A stretch of DNA of 64,000 nt from Eledone cirrhosa (Eukaryota), in contig OZ024743.1 in assembly GCA_964016885.1 (NCBI GenBank), positions 154,070,001-154,134,000 of the forward strand, written 5' to 3'. The notes under the pieces were generated by a model. It had not been told where the DNA came from. It searched no databases and saw only the letters and a program-made list of their open reading frames with translations. The translations under genes were made by a program, and so were the position numbers. This document shows positions 1 through 12,861 of the stretch, piece after piece; the first letter of the stretch is position 1, and each line of letters begins with the position of its first letter.

Positions 1-13
1 GGTTTTCTGCTAG

Positions 14-150
14 TCTACTATATAAATGGCATTTCTGTCTGTGTGTATGTAACCAGTTGGCATCTAAATCAGTGATCCGATCCTGATGAAACCTTACACA
101 CCTGATAAGCTAATATTCAGAAACAGGACTGGCTAATCGGATTTTATTAA
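14..150 (+). mobile_element. 5' end of a non-autonomous Helitron-like repeat
   Basis: Starts TCTACTATATAAA followed by a TCTGTCTGTGTGTATGT tract and an 'ATCCGATCCTGATGAAAC' box. This layout resembles the Helitron 5' ends at 32642 and 34185. The right boundary is not determined. Confidence 0.5.
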
Positions 151-1069
151 AAATCATTAATTTAACCCCTGGGGACATTAAACCCTCCCTCCCACTAGTC
201 CCCCTTCCCCTCACACAAATCAGTCCTCTAAAACGAGGCAACAACTTATTTGTTTTTTTGTTCTTCATTCTGTAGGGAAAGAGAGAGAGGGGATGAGTGT
301 AAAAGTTTAATAGAGAGAGGGAGGATGAGAGATAGAGAGAAAGAGAGCCAAAGAAAGAGAGAGAGGGGCATTAGAGGGAGAAAGAGAAAGAAAACAGAAA
401 TGTTATCTCATAATTTGATAACTAACTTTTATTCATTAATTTTTTAAATGCTTCTTAACTAACTCCTTTCTTAACATTAATTCTCTTTCTCTCTTTCACA
501 AAAGTTGTAATGAGGCGGTGTGTGTATGTGAGCGCGTGTGTGTGTGCATGGTCACATGTGTGTCTCAGCATTCTTAAATTAGAGACAAGTTTGCGTGTTT
601 ATCACCGAATTTAACCCTTTATCATTTAAACTGGCCATATCCGGCCAGAATGCTCTCACCTCTTTATATTCAAACTGGTCATAACCGGCCGCTCATACCG
701 GTATTGTTCTCAAAATAAATAACATGAAAATCTCGTAGATCCGATATTATGTGAGATATTTTTGTGATGTAACGACTTTATCATGAAAATACAATAGTAT
801 ATATAGAGTAATGTAAATACTAAAGGGATAGAGACATATATATCCCTTTCTACTGTCTCATGTGGGTATATATATATATATGAAGCAAAAGGAAAGGTTT
901 TATGTGACACCTCGATCTACTAGAAATATTAGCAAAATCCATTTCAAATCACATGCTCAAACACACACACATGCTTTTATGTGTATGTAAGTCATGGAAG
1001 CCACTATAACTGTTGGTGTACGCACAAGAAATAGAAAACAAAGCTCCCTCAAACAAGATCCTGCTGCCA

Positions 1070-1225
1070 TAGAGGTAAACGTTGGTGAAAGCTACATTGT
1101 AAACATTTTAATCCGCCCAGGCTCTGCTGCACTTTGGGCCAAGGAGGGTAAACTCTCCCTTTATCGGTCGCTCTCCGACAGATTTGTTGCTGAGCCCATA
1201 GCAATGGAGACTTCTGGTCTCCCTC
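1070..1225 (+). mobile_element. CRE-like non-LTR retrotransposon, C-terminal restriction-like endonuclease fragment
   Basis: ORF 994..1278 contains SY...PGSAA..A...K...Y..L...F...PIAMETSG, resembling the C-terminus of RLE-bearing (CRE-type) elements. Recognised by motif memory only. Confidence 0.45.
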
Positions 1226-4200
1226 GCTACCTCCAAACTCACCACAATCGGCACACATTTGGCTACCCGCAGGGGTGAGCCTCACAAGCCGGAATGGATT
1301 TTCCAGTGCGCCTTCCTCACCATATTCTATTCCGACCAGCGGGCCCCCATTCGCTCATAATAGTGAGTGATGGGTAGATCGGGAGAAATGGGCAGTGACA
1401 GTGGGAGTTTGGTTCCTGGTGTATATATGTATTTATTTAACACACTTACACACATTTAAATAAACTTTCCTGAATTACAGAAATGAATAAATTCTTCATT
1501 CATTCATAAACCAATGTTAAATTTATTTTTTTATTTTATTTTATTTATGCTTTTTAAAATAGCCTTCTCATTTGTTTAAATTTCAGAGGTTGTGATTGTG
1601 AAAAAAAAGGATAAATAAATTCTAAATTTATTTTTTTGTCATGCCCTTTTCACTGACAACATACCTAATGATTCTTCCAAGTGCGAAGCATTATATATGC
1701 TGACTGTAATAGGGAGCAGTATTAAAAAAATCGCCACCGGACAAACCTAATAATATTTTTAAGTCACCCAACACTACACACTTGGAGGAATCTATGCACT
1801 ATCATTACACTTAACTGCAGCCATTGAGAAAGCAAGGGTCTCATCATAGATCCTGCAATCTTTCTGGTTTCTTTCAAGCTGGTTAAAACTAACTTTCAGA
1901 ACCCACTAACCTGATATTCTTCATGTAAAGTGACGGGACATGACAATTATGATTCCATCTAACTGCATCTCAGAAGGAGTATCTTTCGTCATCAAACTGT
2001 ATGTTTACATATATATATATATACACACACATATCTATGCAAAGGTGTGTTCCATCCCCAGAATGATGTGTGTATGGTGGATCTTTATTTCTGGTCTAGC
2101 TGACTACCCTGCAATCAACATTCCAAGGTTATTATAACATGTGAGGAACAATAACTCTTTCAACCTGTCAATGCATTGAATCACTCTCCATGCTGTGACA
2201 CCAAAATGGTATTTTCATACATTACTGAATGATGTCTCATAAACTATGCTGACTTACATCAGAATTAACTCCCATGGTGACGTTTTGTGAAAACAATATT
2301 ATTGCTTTTGGCATAAGAATCTGATATGAGAAGCTCTTGTATAGTATCTTTTCTGCTTCATACTCATATCTCTTTCTGCGATTAAAGGGCTCTATTCTAC
2401 TTACATATCATTCACTGTAGTATATCGAATGTCACTCACATTCTTCTTTGTGAATATTATTGACTTTTACGTTTTTTCTGTCCACATATCCTCAAGTACA
2501 GGTAACAAGCCCTAATTCTTCTTTAAGTTGATAGAGTGATCACAGTCCTCCAAATTGTAGCGTTCCCATGCTTAGAATGCTGCACAATATTTCCAAATAG
2601 AGATGTGAAAACATAACATTCTTAAACAAGATACAATCTCTAAATTCACAACTAAAATCATCAAAGTTTTAAAAAATGTTAGGTCTCACAAACCTAATTC
2701 CTGAGGTTGATGATCTCTTTGAGTGACTTCATATATATAAAATATTCAATACTGCTTCTTAAGTACTAGACTAATACAGACGGAAATATTTTTAAGGGCA
2801 TCTCAAACAAAACCATTTGGTAGATTTGTTGTTTTCTCCACTATGACTATCAATGATCCTAACCTCATGAATTAGCCGGTCCCTTGTTATAGCTCCACAA
2901 GTTCTAATGTTTTTGCACTCAGGTCCTTATTTAATAATCACTCTCTGAAACCCCTTCACAAGTCACATTTATACTGTATAATTTAAAACTGAATGTAAAC
3001 TACAAAGGTAAACCTAATAAATTGAGCTAGACATCTAGAATTGTATATTACTAGACATTTCCACTATTGTTATCGGTGTAGATTGAGAGTGAGAGCCAAG
3101 AAGGTACTGTGTATTCGAAATCGAGTATGATGCATACAAAAAGGTGAAATTCGCTAGAAGTTGTCAATGCAGAGATAGTAGAGATTTTTCATAACTGTTG
3201 TTGTTGCAGTTGAACTTATTGGAATGGCGATGAGAGCCTTTAAAGCAAAGTGAATCAAATGATTTGTTGCGTCCACCTAGGTAAGAATGGTGATCATAAA
3301 AAGACTCGATTCTACTGACACAGTTTCTCAGTTGGATATTGAAATGCAGACTCTAATCTAGATGCAAATGGAGGTTCGGAGAGAGTCCGTAAACTTTTAA
3401 ACATATTGGATGAGAGGGACGAAATATACGAGTTATTAAAGGAAATTTGATGTAAGCTAGAAGGAAATATAAACCAATTCACCATTGAAAGTATTTCTTG
3501 CGTCATTTTACAATAGAATTTATTTATACTGGAAAAAATACAGAAAACACATATATGATTTTGAGAGAGAAAAAAATGTTCCTTTTAAGAAAGGTCGTTT
3601 TGTATTTCATATTACTTTCAGTTTTCTATATATTTTTGATACATATTTTGAAAATATATCCGAAATAATCTATCGGAAAACGTAAGTGCCAACCAGGAAA
3701 ACAATTACTTTTTTTGGCATTTTTCATGACTCAGCTGTTTTACAGAACTACATGTAGGAGAAAACATTGATAACATATACAATTTTAAAATAGCTATCAA
3801 GTGTAAACACAAATCAAAAAGTGAAGAAAAATAAGAATTAACATGCAATTGAATCATTTCTCAGAGATGCCTTCTGCTCGAAGATCATATAATGAAGTAT
3901 CAACTAATAGTCTTAATGTAGTGGCTCCTCAATTAATTGAAATGAAACCCATAAGGAAAAGAGAAATTGGTGTACATGACAATTTTCTGTCAATTCTGCA
4001 TTTGTAATATTAGTATTTAATTCGAAGTTGTGCTTTTCACCTCTCTGGACAAAAGGTTTCATTGACTTACGAAATGAAGAATATATAGCCTCACAAAATA
4101 TGATACAGGATATAAACGATGACTGAACAATCATAAATAGTTTCAGACGAAATGTTTTCATATATTATTTATATTTTATTGCTACATCCCTCAACGAAAA

Positions 4201-5008
4201 AAGACAACCTAATCCTAAACCTGAAATAATAGAAACATTTACTCTCATCTAGAAATAACTTTGGAGACCCCGTAAGTAGTTCAAATAATATACACACTTA
4301 ACATTATAAGAAGAAAATAATGCTAGTCCTACAAACCAGAAAAATTAACATAAACAATACATGAAACAAATAAAGATTATTTAATGAAGATTTAAAGAGT
4401 AATATGTAATAAATAAACGGTTCAAACAGTAAAACATAACGTTAAACAACGAACACATAAATCAGCATGACAGACTTTACATGAGTAAAACTAACAGAAG
4501 GTGTAACAAAATCAAAACACACCATAGGCATAACATATTGATCAACAGATGCGGAACTAGTACATCATCAATGCAAATGTCAGAGCACAAGTGAATATAA
4601 AAAGGTATAAAAGTAGAATGATATAATGTTGCTAATTCTAAATATGACAAGGATATAAAGGTGGAAATAGCTAAGGAATTATCATTTAGGAAATATCTTG
4701 ATATCAATCAATGTCGCCAATGTCATCATGAACATGTATATAAAATAAGAAAGTATTTATTGATAAAACAGCCAACACGAAAATATGCTTATATTGGAGA
4801 TAGATGTAACCGTCAACATAGCCAGCATAAATTAACTTATATATAGTCTTAAGCTACTGCCTTAAAACATCTTAGATAGAAACGTTTAATTTCACCAATA
4901 CATACGTACTCACGTACATTGAATAAACTAAAAAAATATGTAAAGAGAGTAAACAAAGGAAAAGATATTTCAATACTTAATGAAACAATGAAAGGAAGTA
5001 GGGTCAAA

Positions 5009-5235
5009 TAATAATAATAATAATAATAATGATTTCTACAGTTGGCACAAGGCCAGAAACTGGAGCAGAGGGTAACGTCGATTAAATCGACCCCAGTGTG
5101 TGACTGGTATTTTATTTTATCGACCCCGTAATGATGAAAGGGAAAGTTAACCTCGGGGGGATTTGAACTCAGAATGGCAAGGGCCATAACTCTATGCTTC
5201 AAAGTTTGTTGTCCTACCATCTACCGATACTGCCA
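5009..5235 (-). mobile_element. tRNA-derived SINE with (ATT)n tail
   Basis: Minus strand: A-box-like TGGCAGTATCGG, B-box GAGTTCAAATCC, central TTTCATC..TACGGGGTCGATAAAATAAAATACCAG box, then CCTTGTGCC..AGAAA and (ATT)n. Multiple copies occur in the window. Confidence 0.85.
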
Positions 5236-5412
5236 ATAATAATTGTTTCTACTTTTGGCACAAGGCCAGCAATTAACCAGTAGATTACTGGTACATTATT
5301 TTATCGACCATGTAAGGATGAAAGGTAAAGTTAACCTCGTCGGGATTTGAACTCAGATCATAAAGGGACGTAACTATCCTGGAAAGCATGGCGTCCGACC
5401 CTCTACCGATTG
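5236..5412 (-). mobile_element. tRNA-derived SINE (same family, head-to-tail with the previous copy)
   Basis: Same B-box, central box and CCTTGTGCCAAAAGTAGAAACAATTATT 3' end. Confidence 0.85.
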
Positions 5413-5883
5413 CACTTAATGTCTCATTACATATACATGCAAATGTATCGTATACAAGGGAACAATATTACCTCAGACAGAACTGAGTATTGTGTTATCT
5501 TTTTCTTAATTGGTGGGTTTTCAGAAATAATCACGGATATTTAATTTGTTTTTGTATTCACTGTTTTCAAAGATTCATGTTCTAGGTTTCATTTATGCTA
5601 GTGTTGTGTATTTCTTAACATGTATAGTTATGTGCCGCTTAAATTTGTGCTGGTGTTGAGTATTTTTCAAAACGTGTAATTATATATCATTTAACGTCCT
5701 TTCTAAAATGCAACTCGTTATATGCTTGCAGTTTCATGTAGATTTCGTATAAAGGCGTCATGACAAGTAATGCAACTCTAGTTTCAATGTAAACATGATT
5801 CAGAATCGTTTGTTCGCTGATTTGTATCTATTTATAAAATATATTTCCTTCTATATACAAATTTGAGCCAATTCCGTCCGTCC

Positions 5884-6216
5884 GTCATACACTAGATATG
5901 ACTTTTGAAGGAGGGGTGATGACGTCACACATTAGTGATGATTGAGGAAGGAAGGGGTAATGACGTCACATACTAGAGATAACTAAGGAAGGAAGGGGTG
6001 ATGGCGTCATGCACTAGAGATGATTAAAGAAAGATGGGGGATGACGTCGCACACTAGAGATGATTCAGGAATGAAATGGTGATGACGTCATGCACTAAAG
6101 ATGACTGAGGAAGGACGGGGTGATGACGTCACACACTAGAGATGGTTGAGGAAGGAAGGGGTGATGACGTCACACATTAGAAACTACTGAGGAAGGAAGG
6201 AGTGATGACAAACTAG
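5884..6216. repeat. 41-bp minisatellite, about 8 units
   Basis: Consensus GATGACGTCACACACTAGAGATGACTGAGGAAGGAAGGGGT. Cores at 5920, 5961, 6002, 6042, 6083, 6124 and 6165. Confidence 0.95.
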
Positions 6217-6348
6217 AGAAAACAGCATCTAACATTCACTACACTTGTGTATACAATCTATATATAAATTTGAGCGATCTCTGTTCGTCACACAGGGTGT
6301 TTGTGCGAATGAAAGTGTTCAAAAGGAAGGAAAAGGATGGTTAAAATT

Positions 6349-6540
6349 CATAGCAAAACAGCGGCCGGCGTTACATTTGCTACGTGGTGTGTGAGTGTAA
6401 ATGTCTGTGTGTGTGTTTGTGTGAATGTATGTGCGCCATTGTGTGTCTGTGTTTGCACGTTTACATTTGTATACTCATACATATAAATGTATGCATGAGT
6501 ACACACATCACTACACACATCACCACACACACACACACAT

Positions 6541-6620
<80 letters not shown>

Positions 6621-6797
6621 TGGAGGGGGTGATGAGGGCGTGTGAACTCATGCATACATGTATATGTATGAGTATACAAATGTAAACGAGCCAACACAGA
6701 CACACAAACGCACACATACATTCACACAAACACACACATATACATTTACACTCACACACCACGTAGCAAATGTAACGCCAGTCGCTGTTTTGCTATG
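6349..6797. repeat. Foldback (long inverted repeat) with (CA)n(TA)n(TG)n centre
   Basis: CATAGCAAAACAGCGGCCGGCGTTACATTTGCTACGTGG... is mirrored by ...CCACGTAGCAAATGTAACGCCAGTCGCTGTTTTGCTATG. Arms are about 170 bp plus microsatellite. Confidence 0.9.
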
Positions 6798-6828
6798 TTT
6801 TATATATATATATATATAAATAAAATGA

Positions 6829-7501
6829 GTCCTTCATTAGTGATCTTCCAACCTTCATTGGTATTTCATCACTTAAAAATCATATACCTCTAGTTGGTGC
6901 GAGCAATATCTATTTAAAGTTATTGGGACAGGGTAAAATAGGGTGAAGCGAGCGAGACATGTAAACAAACAAAGATGGTATTGCGACGAAAAGATAGGAA
7001 GAGACATGTACATGATATCTATAAGCTTAAGTTTGGTGAAATCATGGACGAGAGATACAGACAATCCGACCTGGGTAAGATGTGAGCGAGAAAAGGATTT
7101 CACACAGGTCAAACGGGAGGAAGTGAGAGAGGGGGAGAAGCAGAGAGTGAGTGAGTGGAAGTGTAAGGAAGAGGCCAGCTGAGAGAAGGTGTGACTGACA
7201 GAGGGTTAAAAAGAAGGTGAGAGATTCAGAGAGAGGGGAAGCAGTAAGAAAGAAACAGACAATTGCAGCTGAGGAAAAAATATAAATATTAGAACAATGG
7301 AGCGCTGCCTGGTTGCACATGGGTTACATATGAATACGATTAGTCCTTCATCAGTGATCTTCCAACCTTCATTGGTATTTCATTGCTTTAAAAATCATAT
7401 ACCTCTGGTTGGTGCGACCAATAACTAAATAAAGTTATTGGGACAAGTGAAATAGGGTGAAGCGAGCGAGACATGTAAACAAACAAAGATGGTAGTGCAA
7501 C
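6829..7501. repeat. ~160-bp direct repeat pair (6829-6987 and 7342-7501), period ~513 bp
   Basis: The block GTCCTTCAT.AGTGATCTTCCAACC...AAACAAACAAAGATGGTA is present twice. Confidence 0.9.
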
Positions 7502-7899
7502 AATATATATGTACCTATATATATTGCAACCATAGATATGTACCTATATGTGTGTTGAAAATAATTCTAGTATTTATATATTCCGCTATCGAATTACTAC
7601 ATAGATACTTTGAGAATATGTCGAAAATTAGCAAAAATCGCCCTCCGAGAGTCTGTATATGCTGACTCAGGGGAACATTTCTAGAGAACTGTTTTCTGAT
7701 TTATTGACAACGCGCTGTACTTCATATTCTGAGTGTCACATGTTTAATTAATGTAGTGTTGATGCAAAGAGTTACACGTTAATTAGAAAACGGTCAGTAT
7801 ATGTAAGAGTCAAACTCCCTATCTTTAATTCTATATTCGTGCCATCTCTTATGGTCATGAAATTTGGGCAATGACCGAAAGAATACGATTGATAATACA

Positions 7900-8060
7900 A
7901 GTGACCGAAATTCATGTGGTTAGAATATATCAAAAAGACACGCTGGACAGATTTTATGGGCAAAAACCAACCGACAGGAGACCCAGGGGTAAACCGCGGG
8001 GAAGATGGTTGGATTACATACTTGTGCTCGGCTTGTCTCGCCTGATGATCCAGCCGGATC
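7900..8060 (+). mobile_element. RTE-like LINE C-terminal remnant
   Basis: HVVR...RRPRGKPRGRWLDYI motif in ORF 7871..8140. Confidence 0.5.
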
Positions 8061-8210
8061 AATTTGAAACTGTTACTGAGTGTTCGATGACTTTTCCCCA
8101 CGACCCACATTTTATTTGGTCTTTTCGGAGATGTGTGTAGAATGTGATAGTGAGAAATCGAAACAGTTAAAACATTGAATAATTCAAAACAAATCATGTT
8201 ATGTAGGAAA

Positions 8211-8335
8211 AATAATAATAATTGTATCTACTTTTTGGCACAAGGCCAGCAAATACACAGTGCATTACTGGTACTTTATTTTATCGACCCCGTAAGGATG
8301 AAAGGCAAAGTTAACCTCGGCTGGATTCGAACTAA
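8211..8335 (-). mobile_element. 5'-truncated SINE copy (family of 5009-5412)
   Basis: Central box and 3' tail match the family. AAT repeats on both sides. Confidence 0.8.
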
Positions 8336-8789
8336 TAATAATGATTGAAAGATGCACATATTTTGTATAAATACATGCACATCTGCAGTACTGAATGAGA
8401 CAATGAAAATAAATTATCTCCAAAATAAGTTATAGATTTGTACTAAAAAATGAGGTTTTCAGAAATAATCATGGTTATCTAATTTGTTTTATACTGACTA
8501 TTTTTACTCTCGGTAGCGTTGTAACGTATCATTTTGTATGTTAGTTTTGTGCTGGTATTGTGCATTTTTAACATATATCTTTATGTACCGCTTACACAAA
8601 CAAATGAATAAGCCTCCGTTGTTTTCGGCGATGAGTGTTTCAGTTATTCAATCAACAGAGGAACCAACCCGTGAAATTATGGTGTAGTGGCTGAGTATTC
8701 TACAAACACGTAATGGAAATTCAGGAAAAAGAAAATTCAAGGCTGGCTCTTTGAATTATAGGTACAATCCATCGAACAGATTTGTAAAT

Positions 8790-8935
8790 TCTTTCTGTCT
8801 GCCCAATTTTACTCAAAAGACCTGGGTCGCACCGAGGTTTTGTTAAATGAGACTTGTCTAAGACAAGTGGGTTTGAACTCAAGTGATAATGATTGCGAAG
8901 CGAGCTCCTTCATCATTAGGCCTAACTGCATCCAC
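8790..8935 (-). mobile_element. Second, older tRNA-derived SINE family (decayed)
   Basis: Minus-strand B-box-like GAGTTCAAACCC plus a body resembling common octopus SINEs (from memory). Heavily diverged. Confidence 0.4.
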
Positions 8936-10309
8936 ATTTAAATAGAAGATGGCTTTACAAATTAAAACGAAAGAGGAATTGTAAATATGAATCCGATATT
9001 TATCGAAAGCGAGTCATTTCAAAAGGTTTCGCTTTCTTTACTCTTTATCCTTCTTTATCTACCATGTTAAATAAGTATGAATGTGGATAAATTGGATGTA
9101 GGAAGGTTTGTGTCATTACGAAATTCACTTTACAACCACAGGATTCTTCTTATAGAGCCTTAGGCTACCTAGTGGACGAGAATAAGGAGACGGAAACTAT
9201 GGAAAAGAATATTGTTATGCTTGAACACACCAAATAAATTGCCACACACCAGTCACAGACAGATACATCTCTCACGTGAACCTACAGCTTGTACATTACT
9301 AACATCTCTCATTTCAATCGATTTCATCCCTTTCTGACGTTCCTTTCTAAAATGTCAACAAAGTAAGAAACTCATAACTATATTTATCTTTGTTTGTTTC
9401 TTCTTTTACTTACACTAATATAATGAGTTGAGATGTCTCTCTAGTGTGCGTGTGTGGGTGGGTGAAGGTTGGATTATACATGGTTACATGTAATGAATAT
9501 GTGTTGTGTGCTTATATTACTTCATGGATTTTAAAATGGAGAATATTTGTATTGTTTCAAAATGCGACACTCACTTGTAGATTGGATTTACTTTGATATT
9601 CTTTTCCTTTTAGAAGATTCCAGCATTTACGGGATTGTGCTCAAATCTGTAGCTGCATTTATGGTAATAGGTACACTGCTGATAAATAACTACCAGTTAC
9701 TCTGAAGCCCAACATAGTTGTTTTGCAGTTTTCTCAAGCTATGGTGATACATTTGGAACCACCGGGCAGATGAACTCTATTACAGTACATTTCTTTTGTT
9801 CCGTAACATATAGAACTATATATGATCTGTTGTGTTTGCTGTAGATTGTTGTTTTTATTGGAATGTTATACCAATATTCCTTGTTTTTAAAGGTGTGTCT
9901 ATATCCTGGTTTGATGTGTTTTGGGCCTGACAGCTAGGTCAATGCTTCCTTCAAATAGCATTGAAAATAATCATTGCAACTACGTCATCTCTCATGGGAA
10001 GGCAGTACAACGTGAAGAGCTTTAGGCAGCAACTGATGATGGGAATGATATGTTCTCCACTCGTGTGATGCAATCGACATTTATATCCCAATCTAGGGTT
10101 AAAAGCATCATCTTTTTTATTGATTAGGTGTTTCATAAATATCTCTTGCTCCTGAATACAGAGGGTTTATTCTTCCAGCTGGCTTGCGATGTTTCTAATA
10201 CATTTTCAAGAGATGCATATGAATGTATGTATGTATATCTCTTTCTCTTAATTTCGAGTATATTTTTTTGACCGGCCACCTTCCTGGTGGCAAGGTTGTA
10301 AAAGAAAAG

Positions 10310-11940
10310 AAATTATCATCCCTTGAATCGCAAGAATGTTTTACAAATGTTGAAGGTGCCAGCTATCGCAGCCATTTGTAGACTATGAATTAGGGAGCTG
10401 CGCTTTTCGTCCGCAAATCCAAGTTCAGTCATACTTTGGTCTAAGCGGGTGGTATATAACCCGTAGCTCCAATAATGATGGGTATGAAGCTAAAGGTGTA
10501 TCGTGGATACTGGATTTGTAAACTCCTCATCAATGGTCCGTAGATGTCCTCCTCCTCCTGTATTTGTCTGACAACATCAAGTGGGCAGCTGATCTCCACA
10601 ACAGCACACGTTTTCAATGTGTGGTCCCAAACAAAAATATCAGGCCGGTTGTGCTTTAATTTGGTGGCAGTTTTTATTTTCAGGTTCCATCTGCATTCCT
10701 TAGTGCCATCTGTCTCAATATATTCTTCCTCGTTTGTTGTTAATTTTGTTTTCCGAAGTGCGTTCCAGATGGTTCTAGCTATCCCATCGTGTCTCATGTG
10801 GAGGTAGTAGCGAGATGACATTCTTTCGCAGCTGGCAACAATGTGGCTTACATCCTCGATCTTTGTTTTACATAGCCTACATTTATTCATGTATGTATGT
10901 ATGTATGTATGTATGTATGTATGTATGTATGTATGTATGTATGTATGTATGTATGCATGCATAAAGTCTCTCATATTTCAACATCGAATAAGATGGAGTA
11001 GCCATGTAGTGAGAATGGGTGATGATCGCATTCATAGGCAGTTCCAGTATGGTGAGCTGGTCGAAGGTAAACGATCGGCACACACACCAAAATTGAAGTT
11101 CAAGGATTGAATTAAAAGCACACCGAGGAAGATGACTGTTCTTGGATTGCAAAAGCGTATCCTTCAAAGTGGGAGCCAATATAGTGGTTGTTGGTCCAAT
11201 TTAGACTAGTTTACTTATCTATATTACTCTCACTCTGGAGCCTCCTGGCAACAAATCAATGCAGGATTTTTTGCTGATAAGCATACAGTTTTTCACCCAT
11301 GGATTCACTGCAGTACTTCTGGGCAATGCCCCCGGGTGTGAGATTTTCATTCTCATGCAGTGAGTATCTTTCAGGGAGTTCCTTCCCAACTTTCATGGTG
11401 TCATCTGTCTCATGCAGATAAACTTGCTCAATAGATAGTGTCATCCGCTTCGAGGTTTGTAAATGTTGTCGGAGGAATATGATGCGACACTCAAATGTCT
11501 GGACTGATGTTAGGCTTCGGCCGCCCTGCTTACGCTTCAAGTAGAGGCGGCCTATATCACTGTCGATGTGGAAGTTTTCGGTGTTGTTTAGAATTTTTCG
11601 AGTTTTAATATCAATTGCTCGGATTTCATCTGTCGTCTAATCGAGTATTTCAAACGTTGGTGTTAGGATAAGCACTGCAAACACATTATGAGCAATTGTT
11701 TTATTGTGCGCAGAGAGTTCCGATGACCATATCTTTCTCAATCGGGTGTAATATTCACTGGTTACGCGTTCCTTATTACAAATACAATTACAAGATATAT
11801 TCTCATCTATCCCCAGGTATCTGTAGCAGTCCTCGTCAGATATCGGTGAAACAGTTAGGCCATTGATACAAATGTTGCTGGATAGGGTTGTACTTTTTCC
11901 CCACTTTAAACCATATATGAACATTTATCTTGGCCAAACA
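10310..11940 (-). mobile_element. R4/Dong-like RLE non-LTR retrotransposon, decayed 3' half
   Basis: YRYLG and RT C-terminal segment (11637..11924), RKQGGRSL (11256..11540), CCHC knuckle CRLC...E...H....C, RHD and RPD...VVEISCP endonuclease motifs (10441..10974). Interrupted by (TATG)n and an RTE fragment. Confidence 0.85.
10970..11160 (+). mobile_element. RTE-clade LINE fragment nested in the R4-like element
   Basis: RIRWSSHVVRMGDDRIHRQFQYGELVEGKRS...PKLKFKD. Confidence 0.8.
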
Positions 11941-12861
11941 CCATTCCTATATACATTGAGAATGTTTCAACCAGGTCAAGATTTTTCTTCATTCCATCTA
12001 TGTCTTGGCATAGAGTTTCAAGTCATCCACAAAGAAATTATGGGGTAAGTTTGTATTTCCGTCTGTCTGTATGTATATATGTGTGTATGTATGTGCGTGA
12101 ATATATGTTTGTTCATTTGTATGTACCAATATACGTACGTACGTATGTATATATGTCGGGTCACTCTTGAATGCCCCTGGTACCTTGTAACCCAGTACAA
12201 CCCTTTCGCATGGTCGGGTTGTCGGCGATTAAACGGGCAACCCACCAAGTTTACTTAGTGAGGAGTGCGATTTTCTACACCCTGCAGGACAAAAAACAAA
12301 ACTTGACAAAGGGCGGAATAACTCATAAGAGTCTACGGCCATCCACAAATGTGTGAATATGTATATACATATGTACGTATATGTATATATGTATGCATAT
12401 GTATATATATATATATATATATGCATGGGTGCATGTGGATGTATATGCACACGGACATAGGAATAATCGGGCTAGATACCCGAACGCGCGGTTAAGCCAC
12501 TTGGAGTGAAGGACCTTTAGCCTTTGTTAGGGCATTCTTCTAGGAGAAGGCAACTCGGGAAACTGGGATAACTCCGACATAAAACCTGAGGCTCAGTAGT
12601 TACCGATGATGTTTATCTTTTATTCTTTTCGGGTTATAGCTACTGTTTCTCAGAGAGTGGGATTGGCTCAGTGTACAGTCTTTCCTCACTTTAAAAAACA
12701 TATTCACACACAGGCATTGCATGATAGAATTACTTAATAATTATTAGTAATGGTATATCGTGCAATGGCCATACTCGATAACGTGTGGGCAGCCATATTG
12801 TATGTATGTATGTATATATGTATGTATGTCGCTGGTGTCTCTAACCTACCGCTGATATGCA

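Noticed and set aside
1700-2800. Possible very old LINE RT remnant (YAD-like motif near 2245)
   Set aside because: Too degraded to support by eye. A translated profile search would be needed.
5884-6216. Regularly spaced repeats as a CRISPR array
   Set aside because: Whole units repeat with no unique spacers, there are no cas genes, and the context is eukaryotic.
6348-6762. ORFs rich in CV, HT, YI, SL, ER or poly-amino-acid runs here and throughout the window
   Set aside because: These are translations of microsatellites, not genes.
8040-8080. CTGATGA-GATCC/GGATC hairpin-GAAAC as a hammerhead
   Set aside because: GAAA is not adjacent to the stem, there is no stem I, and it lies inside an RTE coding remnant.
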